From contig JAGGYA010000016.1 in the NCBI GenBank assembly GCA_021162785.1, forward strand, positions 1,533 through 65,532: 64,000 bases of DNA, given 5' to 3'. This stretch comes from Candidatus Calescamantes bacterium. GTDB lineage: Bacteria; CAIJMQ01; JAADFP01. How positions within the stretch are numbered: position 1 is the first letter of the stretch; every line of letters starts with the position of its first letter. The position numbers and the translations under genes were made by a program. The notes beneath the pieces are model-generated. The model did not search any database. It was not told the origin of the DNA and was given only the letters and a program-made list of their open reading frames with translations. Shown here one piece after another: positions 1 to 8,760 of the stretch.

Positions 1-206
1 AATTTCTAAGAAAAGCTTTAAAGGATTTCTTTAAAAGATTCGATTATTCCAATTACGGAGGTGCACTTCTCTTAGGGGTGAAAGGTTACTGTGTGGTAAC
101 CCATGGCGCTTCTCCTCCTGAAGGTATTAAAAACAGTGTCCTTGTGGCCAGCCGAGAGGTCATCTCGGGAATTAATGAAGAAATAGAAAAATTTTTTTCA
201 CATTAA
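1..206 (+). CDS. plsX: Phosphate acyltransferase PlsX, C-terminal fragment (5' end outside window)
   Basis: Frame 3 is open from the window edge to TAA at 204-206. The translation ...DYSNYGGALLLGVKGYCVVTHGASPPEGIKNSV... matches the conserved PlsX C-terminus. It sits in the canonical plsX-fabH-fabD-fabG order. Confidence 0.85.
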   Translation, partial: FLRKALKDFFKRFDYSNYGGALLLGVKGYCVVTHGASPPEGIKNSVLVASREVISGINEEIEKFFSH

Positions 207-207
207 C

Positions 208-1182
208 ATGGGATTTAGAATAGTAGGTACCGGCTCATACCTGCCTGAAAAAATTCTCACAAATTTTGACCTTGAAAAAATGGTGGATACTTCGGATGAA
301 TGGATTAGAGAGAGAACAGGGATAAGAGAAAGAAGAATTGCTTCCCCTCAAGAAGCTGCATCAGACCTGGGAGTGAAAGCTTCCCAGAAAGCACTACAGA
401 TGGCAGGGATATCCCCTGAAGATCTGGACCTCATTGTTGTTGCCACAATTACCCCAGATATGTTTTTCCCTTCCACAGCTTGTTTCATCCAGCAAAAATT
501 GGGTGCCAAAAATTCTGCAGCCTTCGATATTAGTGCTGCCTGCTCTGGCTTCATTTATGGACTGGTGGTAGTAAATGGTTTGATTCGTAGTGGGAAATTC
601 AAAAGAGTCCTCTTAGTGGCAGCGGAAACTCTTTCCAAAATCACGGATTGGGAAGACCGGTCCACCTGTGTCCTCTTAGGTGATGGTGCAGGAGCCTGTG
701 TAATTGTTCCCCATAATGAGAAAACCTTGCTATCTTACACTCTTGGAGCGGATGGGAATTGCGGACATCTTCTCTTCATCCCGGGAGGAGGTTCTCGACT
801 ACCTGCAACCGAAGATACGGTAAGAAATAAAAAACACTTCTTAAAAATGAAAGGTAACGAACTATTTAAAATAGCAGTAAGGGTCCTTGCAGAATCTGCT
901 CTTAAAGTTATAAGGGAGGCAGGAATTTCTCCAGAAGATATTTCTCACTTTATCCCTCATCAAGCAAACTGGCGAATAATGAAAGCATGTGCTCAAAAAA
1001 TTGGACTTCCATTAGAAAAAATCTATGTCACGGTAGACCGTTATGGCAACACTTCAGCAGCAACTATACCCATAGCTCTGGATGAAGCAGTAAGGGAAGG
1101 AAAAGTGAATAGAGGGGATATCTTACTTTTGGACGCTTTCGGTGGAGGACTAACCTGGGGAGCATGTATACTGAAATGGTAG
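208..1182 (+). CDS. fabH: 3-oxoacyl-ACP synthase III (KAS III)
   Basis: 324 aa. It has the active-site context DISAACSGF, the HQAN motif and a GNTSAA motif. Its ATG lies 1 nt after the plsX stop. Confidence 0.95.
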   Translation: MGFRIVGTGSYLPEKILTNFDLEKMVDTSDEWIRERTGIRERRIASPQEAASDLGVKASQKALQMAGISPEDLDLIVVATITPDMFFPSTACFIQQKLGAKNSAAFDISAACSGFIYGLVVVNGLIRSGKFKRVLLVAAETLSKITDWEDRSTCVLLGDGAGACVIVPHNEKTLLSYTLGADGNCGHLLFIPGGGSRLPATEDTVRNKKHFLKMKGNELFKIAVRVLAESALKVIREAGISPEDISHFIPHQANWRIMKACAQKIGLPLEKIYVTVDRYGNTSAATIPIALDEAVREGKVNRGDILLLDAFGGGLTWGACILKW

Positions 1183-2096
1183 GGATAACCTTCCCTGGCC
1201 AGGGTTCTCAATATAAAGGGATGGGTAAGGATTTCTATGAGGAATTTTCCTTAGTTAGAGATATCTTTCGAAAAGGGAAAGAAATTCTTGGATGGGACCC
1301 AGAAATCATGTTTGAAGCGGAAGAGGAAAAACTGGCTCAAACTTCTATCACCCAACCCTTGATCTTCCTTTTGAGTTTTTCCATTTTCCAATTGTGGAAA
1401 GAAATGGATGGATGCACACCTTCATTTATAATGGGTCATTCCTTAGGAGAATACACAGCCCTGAGTGCCAGTGAAGTATTCAACTTTGAAGAGGGCTTGA
1501 GACTGGTGAAGAAGAGAGGAGAACTGATGGAAAGGGCAAAGAAAGGTGTAATGAGTGCTATCCTTGGTCTTGAAAGAGAGAAAGTTGAGAAAATAGTGGA
1601 AGAAGCGAAAAAAGAAGGAATTATTGTAACTGCAAATTATAATTCACCTTTACAAACAGTGATATCGGGAGAGGAAAAAGCAGTCAGAACAGCAGAAGAA
1701 AAGGCAAAAGAGTATGGAGCAAAAAGAGTGGTTCGTCTGAAGGTGAGTGGAGCTTTTCATTCTCCTCTTATGAAAGAAGCAGGAGAAAATCTTAAGGAAT
1801 TCATAGATAAGATTGATTTTTCACCTCCTCTCTATCCTGTGATTATGAATGTCACTGCTAAGGAAGAGAGAGAGCCTGAAAAGATCAAAGAAAACCTCAT
1901 AAGGCAAATGGTAGAACCTGTAAGATGGGTGGATTCAGTGAAACGGGCAGTTGAAAAGGGGGTAAAAATCTTTATAGAAATGGGACCCGGGAAGGTGCTT
2001 AAAAGCCTTATAAAGAAAACTGTTCCGGGGGTAACGGTTTATACCACAGATAATCTTTTGGAATTCAAATCTGTCCTTAGTGAGGTTAAAAAATGA
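1164..2096 (+). CDS. fabD: Malonyl-CoA:ACP transacylase
   Basis: Contains FPGQGSQ and GHSLGEY motifs. An alternative start at 1176 (MVGITFPGQGSQ) is equally plausible. It overlaps the fabH stop. Confidence 0.93.
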   Translation: MYTEMVGITFPGQGSQYKGMGKDFYEEFSLVRDIFRKGKEILGWDPEIMFEAEEEKLAQTSITQPLIFLLSFSIFQLWKEMDGCTPSFIMGHSLGEYTALSASEVFNFEEGLRLVKKRGELMERAKKGVMSAILGLEREKVEKIVEEAKKEGIIVTANYNSPLQTVISGEEKAVRTAEEKAKEYGAKRVVRLKVSGAFHSPLMKEAGENLKEFIDKIDFSPPLYPVIMNVTAKEEREPEKIKENLIRQMVEPVRWVDSVKRAVEKGVKIFIEMGPGKVLKSLIKKTVPGVTVYTTDNLLEFKSVLSEVKK

Positions 2097-2836
2097 TGAA
2101 AATGTTAAATGGTAGAGTTGCTCTGGTCACTGGGGGAATGAGCGGTATTGGGAAAGCAATTTCTCTTAAGTTAGCAGAGGAAGGCGCGGATATTGCAATA
2201 TTTGATATCCGGGAAGAAACAAATACCAAAAGGGAAATCCTCAAAAAAGGAGTGAAAGCGGAATACTGGGAAGTAGATGTTTCAGACCTTCAAAAAGTGG
2301 AAAATGCAGTAAAAGAAGTAAAAGAAAAGATGGGAAGGATAGACATACTGGTTAATAATGCTGGAATAACTCGAGATGGATTACTGGTTCGTCTTAAAGA
2401 AGAAGACTGGGACAGAGTAATAGAAATAAACTTAAAAGGTGCTTTCAATTGCTCAAGGGCTTGTGTTCGGTATATGATGAAACAGAAAGAAGGCTGTATA
2501 GTTAATATTGCTTCGGTTATCGGAATAATTGGAAATGCTGGTCAGGTAAATTATGCAGCTTCTAAAGGTGGTCTTATAGCTCTTACAAAGTCTCTGGCTA
2601 AAGAATTAGCTCCCTGGGGTATAAGAGTCAATGCTGTAGCTCCTGGGTACATAAAAACTCCCATGACGGAAAATCTTCCGGAAGAAGTGAAAAGAGAATT
2701 TTTATCCAAGATTCTCCTTAAAAGAGAAGGGTTACCTGAAGAAGTTGCAAATGTGGTCTTCTTCTTGGCTTCTCCCCTTTCTTCTTACCTTACAGGAGAA
2801 GTTATCAAAGTGGATGGAGGGATGGTTCTCACTTAA
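2093..2836 (+). CDS. fabG: 3-oxoacyl-ACP reductase (SDR)
   Basis: Contains the TGGMSGIG cofactor loop, NNAG and the YAASK catalytic motif. It overlaps fabD by 4 nt (ATGA). Confidence 0.93.
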   Translation: MMKMLNGRVALVTGGMSGIGKAISLKLAEEGADIAIFDIREETNTKREILKKGVKAEYWEVDVSDLQKVENAVKEVKEKMGRIDILVNNAGITRDGLLVRLKEEDWDRVIEINLKGAFNCSRACVRYMMKQKEGCIVNIASVIGIIGNAGQVNYAASKGGLIALTKSLAKELAPWGIRVNAVAPGYIKTPMTENLPEEVKREFLSKILLKREGLPEEVANVVFFLASPLSSYLTGEVIKVDGGMVLT

Positions 2837-2841
2837 TCCAA

Positions 2842-3267
2842 ATGACAGGAATAGAGAGATTCCGCCTTTTTTTAAAGGAAAAAGGATTGAAATTTACTCC
2901 AGAGAGAAGAAAAATCGTTGAGGAAATTATCTCTTTTCATGATCATTTTGATGTGGAAACCCTTTACCATCGTCTCAAAAGAAAAGTTTCTTTAGCTACA
3001 ATCTACCGCACTTTACCTCTTTTGAGAGAAAGTGGTTTGATAAGAGAAGTGTTAAGATGTCAAGGCCGTGCAGTTTTTGAATCTGTCTGGGGACATCCTC
3101 ATCATGACCATTTAATCTGCATTGTCTGTGGAAAGGTAATAGAATTTGAGGATGAAAGAATAGAAAAACTTCAAGAAGAAGTTTGCCGGAAATTTGGTTT
3201 CCAACCTGTAGAACATCGACTTGGGATAAAAGGATATTGCAAAGAGTGTCAAAGGAAGATAAAATAA
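2842..3267 (+). CDS. fur: Fur-family metalloregulator
   Basis: Winged-helix N-terminus, an HPHHDHLIC motif and two CxxC pairs (CIVC...CKEC). It lies directly upstream of a Fur-box-like palindrome and the feo genes. Confidence 0.85.
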   Translation: MTGIERFRLFLKEKGLKFTPERRKIVEEIISFHDHFDVETLYHRLKRKVSLATIYRTLPLLRESGLIREVLRCQGRAVFESVWGHPHHDHLICIVCGKVIEFEDERIEKLQEEVCRKFGFQPVEHRLGIKGYCKECQRKIK

Positions 3268-3278
3268 TAGCGGATACT

Positions 3279-3299
3279 AATTGAGAATGATTTTCAATT
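3279..3299. promoter_or_regulatory. Fur-box-like palindrome upstream of feoA
   Basis: AATTGAGAATGATTTTCAATT has 9-nt arms with one mismatch. The core TGAGAAT-G-ATTTTCA fits the 7-1-7 Fur box TGATAAT-N-ATTATCA. It ends 3 nt before the feoA ATG. Confidence 0.6.
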
Positions 3300-3302
3300 G
3301 CA

Positions 3303-3527
3303 ATGAAATTAAATGAACTTTTTAAAGGTGAGAAAGGAAAAATCATAAAAGTGGAAGGGGATAGAATATTGAAAAGAAGACTCAGAGATATGGGAGTCAT
3401 TCCTGGAGAAATAATAGAAGTTGTGAGAATAGCCCCTTTAGGAGACCCTTTAGAAATCAAAGTTAAAGGATACTATCTTTCTTTAAGAAAAAGGGAAGCA
3501 GAAAAAATAACCGTGGAGAAAGTTTAA
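3303..3527 (+). CDS. feoA: FeoA-domain protein
   Basis: 74-aa SH3-like FeoA pattern (G....I..V.......RL.DMG..PG..I.V). It lies upstream of feoB. Confidence 0.85.
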   Translation: MKLNELFKGEKGKIIKVEGDRILKRRLRDMGVIPGEIIEVVRIAPLGDPLEIKVKGYYLSLRKREAEKITVEKV

Positions 3528-3528
3528 A

Positions 3529-3753
3529 ATGGTTCCCCTCTCCCTTTTACCCCCCGGGAAGGAAGCAGTGATTATAGAAATTAGAGGAGGTATGGGCTGG
3601 AGAAGAAGACTTATGGAATTAGGGCTAATGGAAGGGATGAAGATTAAAGTTATTCAGCGTCTTTTCCCGGGACCGGTAGTGATTGCTGTGGGAAACGCCA
3701 GAGTAGTTTTAGGTTTTGGAATGGCTCAAAGAATAATGGTGAGGGAAGTATAG
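3529..3753 (+). CDS. feoA: FeoA-domain protein (second copy)
   Basis: 74 aa with RRLMELGLMEGMKIKV typical of FeoA. Its start is 1 nt after the previous stop. Confidence 0.8.
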   Translation: MVPLSLLPPGKEAVIIEIRGGMGWRRRLMELGLMEGMKIKVIQRLFPGPVVIAVGNARVVLGFGMAQRIMVREV

Positions 3754-3757
3754 AAGA

Positions 3758-5836
3758 ATGAGTAAAAAATTAAAAATTGCTATCGCTGGAAATCCCAATT
3801 CTGGAAAGACCACAATTTTTAATAATCTCACTGGAGCTCGTCAACATGTGGGGAACTATCCTGGAGTAACAGTGGAAAAAATCGAAGGATACTCCAAGTA
3901 TGCAGGATATCATCTGACCATAGTGGACCTACCTGGAATTTACAGTCTAACCGCACATTCCCTTGATGAACTTGTAGCCAGAAATTACATATTGGATGAG
4001 AAACCGGATGTGGTGATAGACATTGTAGATACCTCCAATTTAGAAAGGAATCTATATCTTTCTACTCAATTGATGGAGCTCGGAGTGAAAATGGTAATAG
4101 CATTAAATATGTGGGATATTGCCAAGAATTTAGGGTTGGAAATCGACCATGAAAGATTATCCCAACTTCTGGGTGTTCCCTGTGTCCCTACAATAGCTAC
4201 CAAAAAAGAAGGAATGGATGAACTTTTACAAAAAGTGATTGCCCTGCACGAAGGGAAGATTTTTTACCATCCTACTCCTATTAATTACGGTAGAGAAATT
4301 GAAGAGGGAATTTCCAAAATTGAAGAGATCTTGAAGTTAGAGGAACCTCTTCTTAAACGCTATCCTTCCCGTTGGTTGGCGGTAAAACTTCTGGAAAAGG
4401 ATGAAGATATTTATGAAAAAGTTAAGAAAACATCTTCCGGGGAAAGGATACTCCAAACAGCTGAGAAAAGTATTGAGCATCTTAAAGGAATTTTTGGCGA
4501 AGAACCTGAAGCAGTAATTCCAGATAAACGCTATGGATTCATCAGTGGGGCCTGCTCCACAGTTATTACCAGAAGTTATGAATTGAGACACACCCTTTCA
4601 GATAAAATTGATCGCATTTTCCTTAATCGGGTTTTAGGACTTCCCATATTTTTCTTCCTTATGTGGATAATGTTTAAAGCGATTTTCCGTCTTAGCGAAC
4701 CTTTTACTCAGGGAATAGAGAATTTAATGACCTGGATAGGAAAACTTGTTGGAAGTTTCTTTCCTGAGGGAAGTATTATTAAATCCCTTATTGTAGACGG
4801 AATTATAGGAGGAGTAGGAAGTGTATTGACTTTTGTTCCAGTAATTTTTCTTCTTTTCTTTTTTATCGCTATTCTGGAAGACTCCGGATATCTTGCTCGA
4901 GCTGCTTTTTTAATGGATAGAATAATGAATCGGATAGGTCTTCATGGAAGGTCATTTATACCATTGTTATTGGGGTTTGGGTGTAATGTCCCTGCCATTA
5001 TGGCTACCCGGGTAATAGATGACAGGAAATCCCGACTAATTACCATTTTGGTTAATCCTTTCATGAGCTGTGGTGCGCGACTTCCTGTATATACTCTTTT
5101 CGTTGGCACATTTTTCTCACCTCGACAGGCTGGAAATATCCTATTTTCATTGTATTTATTGGGAATTCTCGTAGCTATGGGTATGTCTTACCTATTCCGT
5201 AGATTAATGTTTAAGGGAGAATCTGCTCCTTTTGTCATGGAACTTCCCCCTTACCGCCTCCCTACTCTAAAAGGTGTTCTAATTCATATGTGGGAAAGAG
5301 GGGTAGTATATTTGAAGAAAGCAGGAACCATAATTTTTGCTGGCTGCATGCTGATCTGGTTTTTGAGCCATTTCCCTCCCATGCCCGAAGAGGGTAATTC
5401 CAAAATTCAACTGGAGAAGAGTTATGCAGGGAAAATAGGGAAATTTATTACCCCAGTATTCAAACCTCTGGGTTTTGGGGAATGGAAAACATCTATAGCT
5501 CTCATTGCAGGATTCATCGCCAAAGAACTTGTAGTGGGCACTCTGGGAACACTTTATGGAAAAGAAGAAACTTCCTTAAGAGAGATGTTGAAAAATGATG
5601 TTTATCCGGATGGGAGTAAAGTTTGGTCACCTCTATCTTCCTATTCTTTCCTCATTTTCATACTCCTCTATATCCCCTGTATTGCCACTATTGCGGTGAT
5701 CTACCGTGAAACTCAATCCCTTACCTGGCCTTTATTTACAGCTTTTTATACTACAGCTCTTGCTTGGATAACTTCTTTCTTGTTTTATCAAACCGGGAAA
5801 TTTCTCCTGAGTTTTATTGACAACCTGGGGTTTTGA
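3758..5836 (+). CDS. feoB: Ferrous iron transporter FeoB
   Basis: N-terminal G-domain (GNPNSGKTT, DLPG, NMWD) followed by a polytopic membrane domain. 692 aa. Confidence 0.95.
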   Translation: MSKKLKIAIAGNPNSGKTTIFNNLTGARQHVGNYPGVTVEKIEGYSKYAGYHLTIVDLPGIYSLTAHSLDELVARNYILDEKPDVVIDIVDTSNLERNLYLSTQLMELGVKMVIALNMWDIAKNLGLEIDHERLSQLLGVPCVPTIATKKEGMDELLQKVIALHEGKIFYHPTPINYGREIEEGISKIEEILKLEEPLLKRYPSRWLAVKLLEKDEDIYEKVKKTSSGERILQTAEKSIEHLKGIFGEEPEAVIPDKRYGFISGACSTVITRSYELRHTLSDKIDRIFLNRVLGLPIFFFLMWIMFKAIFRLSEPFTQGIENLMTWIGKLVGSFFPEGSIIKSLIVDGIIGGVGSVLTFVPVIFLLFFFIAILEDSGYLARAAFLMDRIMNRIGLHGRSFIPLLLGFGCNVPAIMATRVIDDRKSRLITILVNPFMSCGARLPVYTLFVGTFFSPRQAGNILFSLYLLGILVAMGMSYLFRRLMFKGESAPFVMELPPYRLPTLKGVLIHMWERGVVYLKKAGTIIFAGCMLIWFLSHFPPMPEEGNSKIQLEKSYAGKIGKFITPVFKPLGFGEWKTSIALIAGFIAKELVVGTLGTLYGKEETSLREMLKNDVYPDGSKVWSPLSSYSFLIFILLYIPCIATIAVIYRETQSLTWPLFTAFYTTALAWITSFLFYQTGKFLLSFIDNLGF

Positions 5837-5845
5837 TGGTAATTT
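5817..5845 (+). promoter_or_regulatory. Candidate promoter for the tRNA pair
   Basis: TTGACA (5817-5822), a 17-nt spacer ending in TGg, then TAATTT (5840-5845). The predicted TSS is a few nt before tRNA position 1. It lies inside the 3' end of feoB. Confidence 0.35.
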
Positions 5846-5859
5846 AGATATATATAAAA

Positions 5860-5933
5860 GGGCCCGTAGCTCAGTTGGTCAGAGCAGCGGACTCATAATC
5901 CGCGGGTCGTAGGTTCGAGTCCTACCGGGCCCA
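5860..5933 (+). tRNA. tRNA with anticodon CAT (elongator Met or lysidine-dependent Ile2)
   Basis: Hand-folded cloverleaf: acceptor GGGCCCG/CGGGCCC, D arm GCTC/GAGC, anticodon stem GCGGA/TCCGC with loop CTCATAA, T arm GTAGG-TTCGAGT-CCTAC. The G1-C72 pair and the lack of a GGG/CCC anticodon stem argue against an initiator. No encoded CCA. Confidence 0.9.
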
Positions 5934-5937
5934 CAGT

Positions 5938-6009
5938 GGGCGATTAGCTCAGAGGGAGAGCGCTCCGTTCACACCGGAGAGGTCAGAGGTTCAAATCCTC
6001 TATCGCCCA
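5938..6009 (+). tRNA. tRNA-Val (anticodon CAC)
   Basis: Acceptor GGGCGAT/ATCGCCC, anticodon stem CTCCG/CGGAG with loop TTCACAC, T arm AGAGG-TTCAAAT-CCTCT. It is followed by a T-run. Confidence 0.9.
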
Positions 6010-6037
6010 CTTTTTCTTTTTAGTCTCTTTTAACCTA

Positions 6038-6066
6038 TTGAAATTCAAAAAGAATGAATTTATAAT
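6038..6066 (+). promoter_or_regulatory. Sigma-70-type promoter
   Basis: TTGAAA (6038-6043), a 17-nt spacer, then consensus TATAAT (6061-6066). It lies about 65 nt upstream of the 6132 ATG. Confidence 0.55.
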
Positions 6067-6131
6067 ACCCATCAGCATGAGTAGATTTTATTCTGGGAAA
6101 TCTGGGAAAAAATTCAGAATCTATAGTTGTT

Positions 6132-6875
6132 ATGGAGAATACAATTACTGATCAGATAAAAACCCTGCTGGAAATGCAGGGTTTAGACTTAAAGATCAAT
6201 TCTATTGAAGAAAGGCTTAAAGAAATTCCTCTTAAAATAGAAGAGAAATGGAAAAAGGTGAAGGAAAAAGAAGAGGAAGTTTCAAGGATTAAAAAAGAAA
6301 TAGAAAAAACGATTTTACAGCGAAAAGAAAAAGAACTGGAGTTGGAAACTAATCAGGAGACCATTAAAAAATATCAACTACAACTTTACCAGGTTAAAAC
6401 AAACAAGGAATATGCCAGTCTCTTACATGAAATTGAGGACCTTAAAAGAAAGAATAGTCTTTTGGAAGACGAAATAATTGAACTTATGGAAAAAACAGAA
6501 TCAGGGGAAGAAGTTTTACAAAGAGAAAAGGAAGAGCTGGAAAGACTCAAAGAGAAAGTAAAAAGAGAAGAAGAGGAAGGAAAAAAAGAAATGGAAAAAT
6601 TGAAAAAGGAAGAAGATGAGCTTATGGAAAAAAAGAAGGTCTTAGCAAAAGGAGTAAGAGGAGATCTTCTTAATCGCTATGAAAAACTTATAAAAAGTAG
6701 AGGAACTGCTTTAGCGAAAGTAATAAATGGGGTATGTGGAGGTTGCCATCTGGAACTACCACCTCAGGTTGTCAGTGAAGTCAGAAGTGGCCGGAAAGTG
6801 GTAACATGTGAACGTTGTTCTCGAATACTTTACTGGGAGAGCAATATTTCTTCAGAAACCCCTCTCAATCAATGA
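6132..6875 (+). CDS. Coiled-coil protein with C-terminal C4 zinc ribbon (COG1579-like)
   Basis: A long K/E-rich heptad region, then CGGCHLELPPQ...CERCSRILY. This architecture matches the COG1579/DUF164 family. Confidence 0.75.
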   Translation: MENTITDQIKTLLEMQGLDLKINSIEERLKEIPLKIEEKWKKVKEKEEEVSRIKKEIEKTILQRKEKELELETNQETIKKYQLQLYQVKTNKEYASLLHEIEDLKRKNSLLEDEIIELMEKTESGEEVLQREKEELERLKEKVKREEEEGKKEMEKLKKEEDELMEKKKVLAKGVRGDLLNRYEKLIKSRGTALAKVINGVCGGCHLELPPQVVSEVRSGRKVVTCERCSRILYWESNISSETPLNQ

Positions 6876-7655
6876 TAATTTAACTTCTTCCACTGAACCA
6901 TCCTTTTTCTTAACCAGAACACTGTTCTTAAGCAGGGAGATTTTTATTACCTCTCCACTTTTCCCTTCCCATTTGACTTTGCTACCCACCTTAGGAAATG
7001 ATTTTTTAATCTCTTTGTAAATTGGCCATTCATACGAAATACAGCATCTTAATCTTCCACAACATCCTCCAATTTTAAAAGGATCCAGTGATAAATCCTG
7101 TTCTTTTGCTTTTCTCACGCTTACTGCTTCAAAGGAGGTTAGAAAAGAATAACAGCAGAGAGGTAAACCACACGGGCCAATTCCTCTAAGGAGTCGAGCT
7201 TTGTCTCTCACCCCTATTTGTCTAAGCTCTATTCTCACTCGGAAAATTCGAGCTAATTCTCTCACCAGCCTTCTAAAATCCACTCTACCAGGAGCAGTAA
7301 AATAAAAAATTATCTTGTCTCTATCCAAGGTAGCTTTCACCCTCACTAATTCCATGGGCAGAAGGAATTCCCGTATTTTCTTTTTACAAATATCATAAGC
7401 TCTCCTCTCTAATTCTTCTATTTCTTCTAATTCTCGCAGTCTCTCCTCGTCCAGCTTTTCAATAACCTTAGGGAGCCTATTTATCCAGTCCCCTTCCTCA
7501 GTTATTTTTCCTTTAACCACACCTAATTCTTCTCTTTCTCTTCCCTCTACTAAACATTTATCCCCTACTTTTAAATCCTCACCCAAATTTTGAGAATTCC
7601 GAAACCACCCATATCTATCCTCCCTCACCTGATGAATAAAATAAATTCGTTCCAT
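6852..7655 (-). CDS. PSP1-domain protein (YaaT/RicT-like)
   Basis: Cys-rich PSP1 C-terminal region (GPCGLPLCCYSFL, GGCCGRLRCCISYE). The position after tmk-holB is conserved, as in Bacillus. The start is set at 7655 (MERIYF...) because GGGAGGG lies 4 nt upstream and this avoids overlap with holB. The ORF track starts at 7688. Confidence 0.85.
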   Translation of the reverse strand: MERIYFIHQVREDRYGWFRNSQNLGEDLKVGDKCLVEGREREELGVVKGKITEEGDWINRLPKVIEKLDEERLRELEEIEELERRAYDICKKKIREFLLPMELVRVKATLDRDKIIFYFTAPGRVDFRRLVRELARIFRVRIELRQIGVRDKARLLRGIGPCGLPLCCYSFLTSFEAVSVRKAKEQDLSLDPFKIGGCCGRLRCCISYEWPIYKEIKKSFPKVGSKVKWEGKSGEVIKISLLKNSVLVKKKDGSVEEVKLSLIERGF

Positions 7656-7656
7656 C

Positions 7657-8760
7657 CTACCCTCCCATCCCATAAATTTTAAGCCCAATATACCCTAAAA
7701 GCAGAGAAAGATTCACATTTCTCTCCACTAATCTTTTCATTTCTTCCAGTTCCCCTATCCATTCTTTTATGTAATTTTCATCTAACTCCGAAATTTTTTT
7801 AACTTTATCCTCTATATCCCTATTTACTATCTTTTTCTCACCCCTTTTTATCTTCAAGGCATCCACAAAAAGGGAGTAGAACATATTAATCAGCAAAGTC
7901 ACTAAAATTTTTCTCTTTTCTTCTACCTCGGCTTCCCAAAAACTCTCTCTTTCCTTAGCTGTCCCTTTACCTTCTTTTTCCTCCACCTCTTTAACCCTCT
8001 TTTCTATATTTTTCTTCCATTTTTTGTGCCAGTCCTCCACCCACTGGTAAAGCCCATCAAGGTGAAAACTCAAGGAGACTTTTTTCTTTCCCAAAAACTT
8101 CTCTATTATTTCCCTCCGTTTTTTCCAGAAGTCTACTTCTCTCCACAATTCCTTTACTCTCTCATCTCCGCCATAAATCGCCACAAATACTTTAGCTTCT
8201 TCTTCCTCATATCCAGCTTCTATCAAAGCAGGTAAAAGAATATCTTCAAGAGAGGAAACCTCAAATTTCACTTTTTGACACCGCGAAGAAATGGTGGGAA
8301 GTAATGCTTCCCAGTGAGGAGCAAGTAATAAAAAAGTGGTTTGAGACGGAGGTTCCTCAAGTATCTTTAAAAGCGCATTAGAGGCTTCCTGAGTCATTCG
8401 ATGGGCTTGTTGAATAATTATGACTCTCCACTTCCCTTCTACTGGAAAAAGATTAAGACTTCTTTTAATTTCTCTAATCCTATCTATACCAATCCGAGAG
8501 GCTGCCCCATGAGGAGAAACAAAGATGCAATCAGGGTGTATCTCCTTTTCTATTTTTTGACATTGTAAACATTTATCACATGGCTTCTCATTCTTTGCTT
8601 CGGAACAATTTAAAGCTTTAGCAAATTCTTTTGCCACTCGTTTCCTCAACCACTCTCCATTGCCGTAAAAGAGATATGCAGAGGCAATTCTTCCTTTTTC
8701 CACACATTTTTTGAGGTATTCTAAAGCCCAGCCTGCACCTTTTATATCCTGGAAAGACAT
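7657..8760 (-). CDS. holB: DNA polymerase III delta' subunit
   Basis: AAA+-like N-terminus without an intact P-loop, a zinc module (CDKCLQCQKIE...HPD) and an SRC motif (ISSRCQ). It follows tmk. Confidence 0.85.
   Translation of the reverse strand: MSFQDIKGAGWALEYLKKCVEKGRIASAYLFYGNGEWLRKRVAKEFAKALNCSEAKNEKPCDKCLQCQKIEKEIHPDCIFVSPHGAASRIGIDRIREIKRSLNLFPVEGKWRVIIIQQAHRMTQEASNALLKILEEPPSQTTFLLLAPHWEALLPTISSRCQKVKFEVSSLEDILLPALIEAGYEEEEAKVFVAIYGGDERVKELWREVDFWKKRREIIEKFLGKKKVSLSFHLDGLYQWVEDWHKKWKKNIEKRVKEVEEKEGKGTAKERESFWEAEVEEKRKILVTLLINMFYSLFVDALKIKRGEKKIVNRDIEDKVKKISELDENYIKEWIGELEEMKRLVERNVNLSLLLGYIGLKIYGMGG

Noticed and set aside
5860-6131. The tRNA pair as an integration hotspot with an adjacent genomic island.
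   Set aside because: There is no integrase, no recombinase and no visible repeat of a tRNA 3' end downstream. The flanking genes (feoB, the COG1579 gene, yaaT-holB-tmk) are ordinary core genes with host-like composition.
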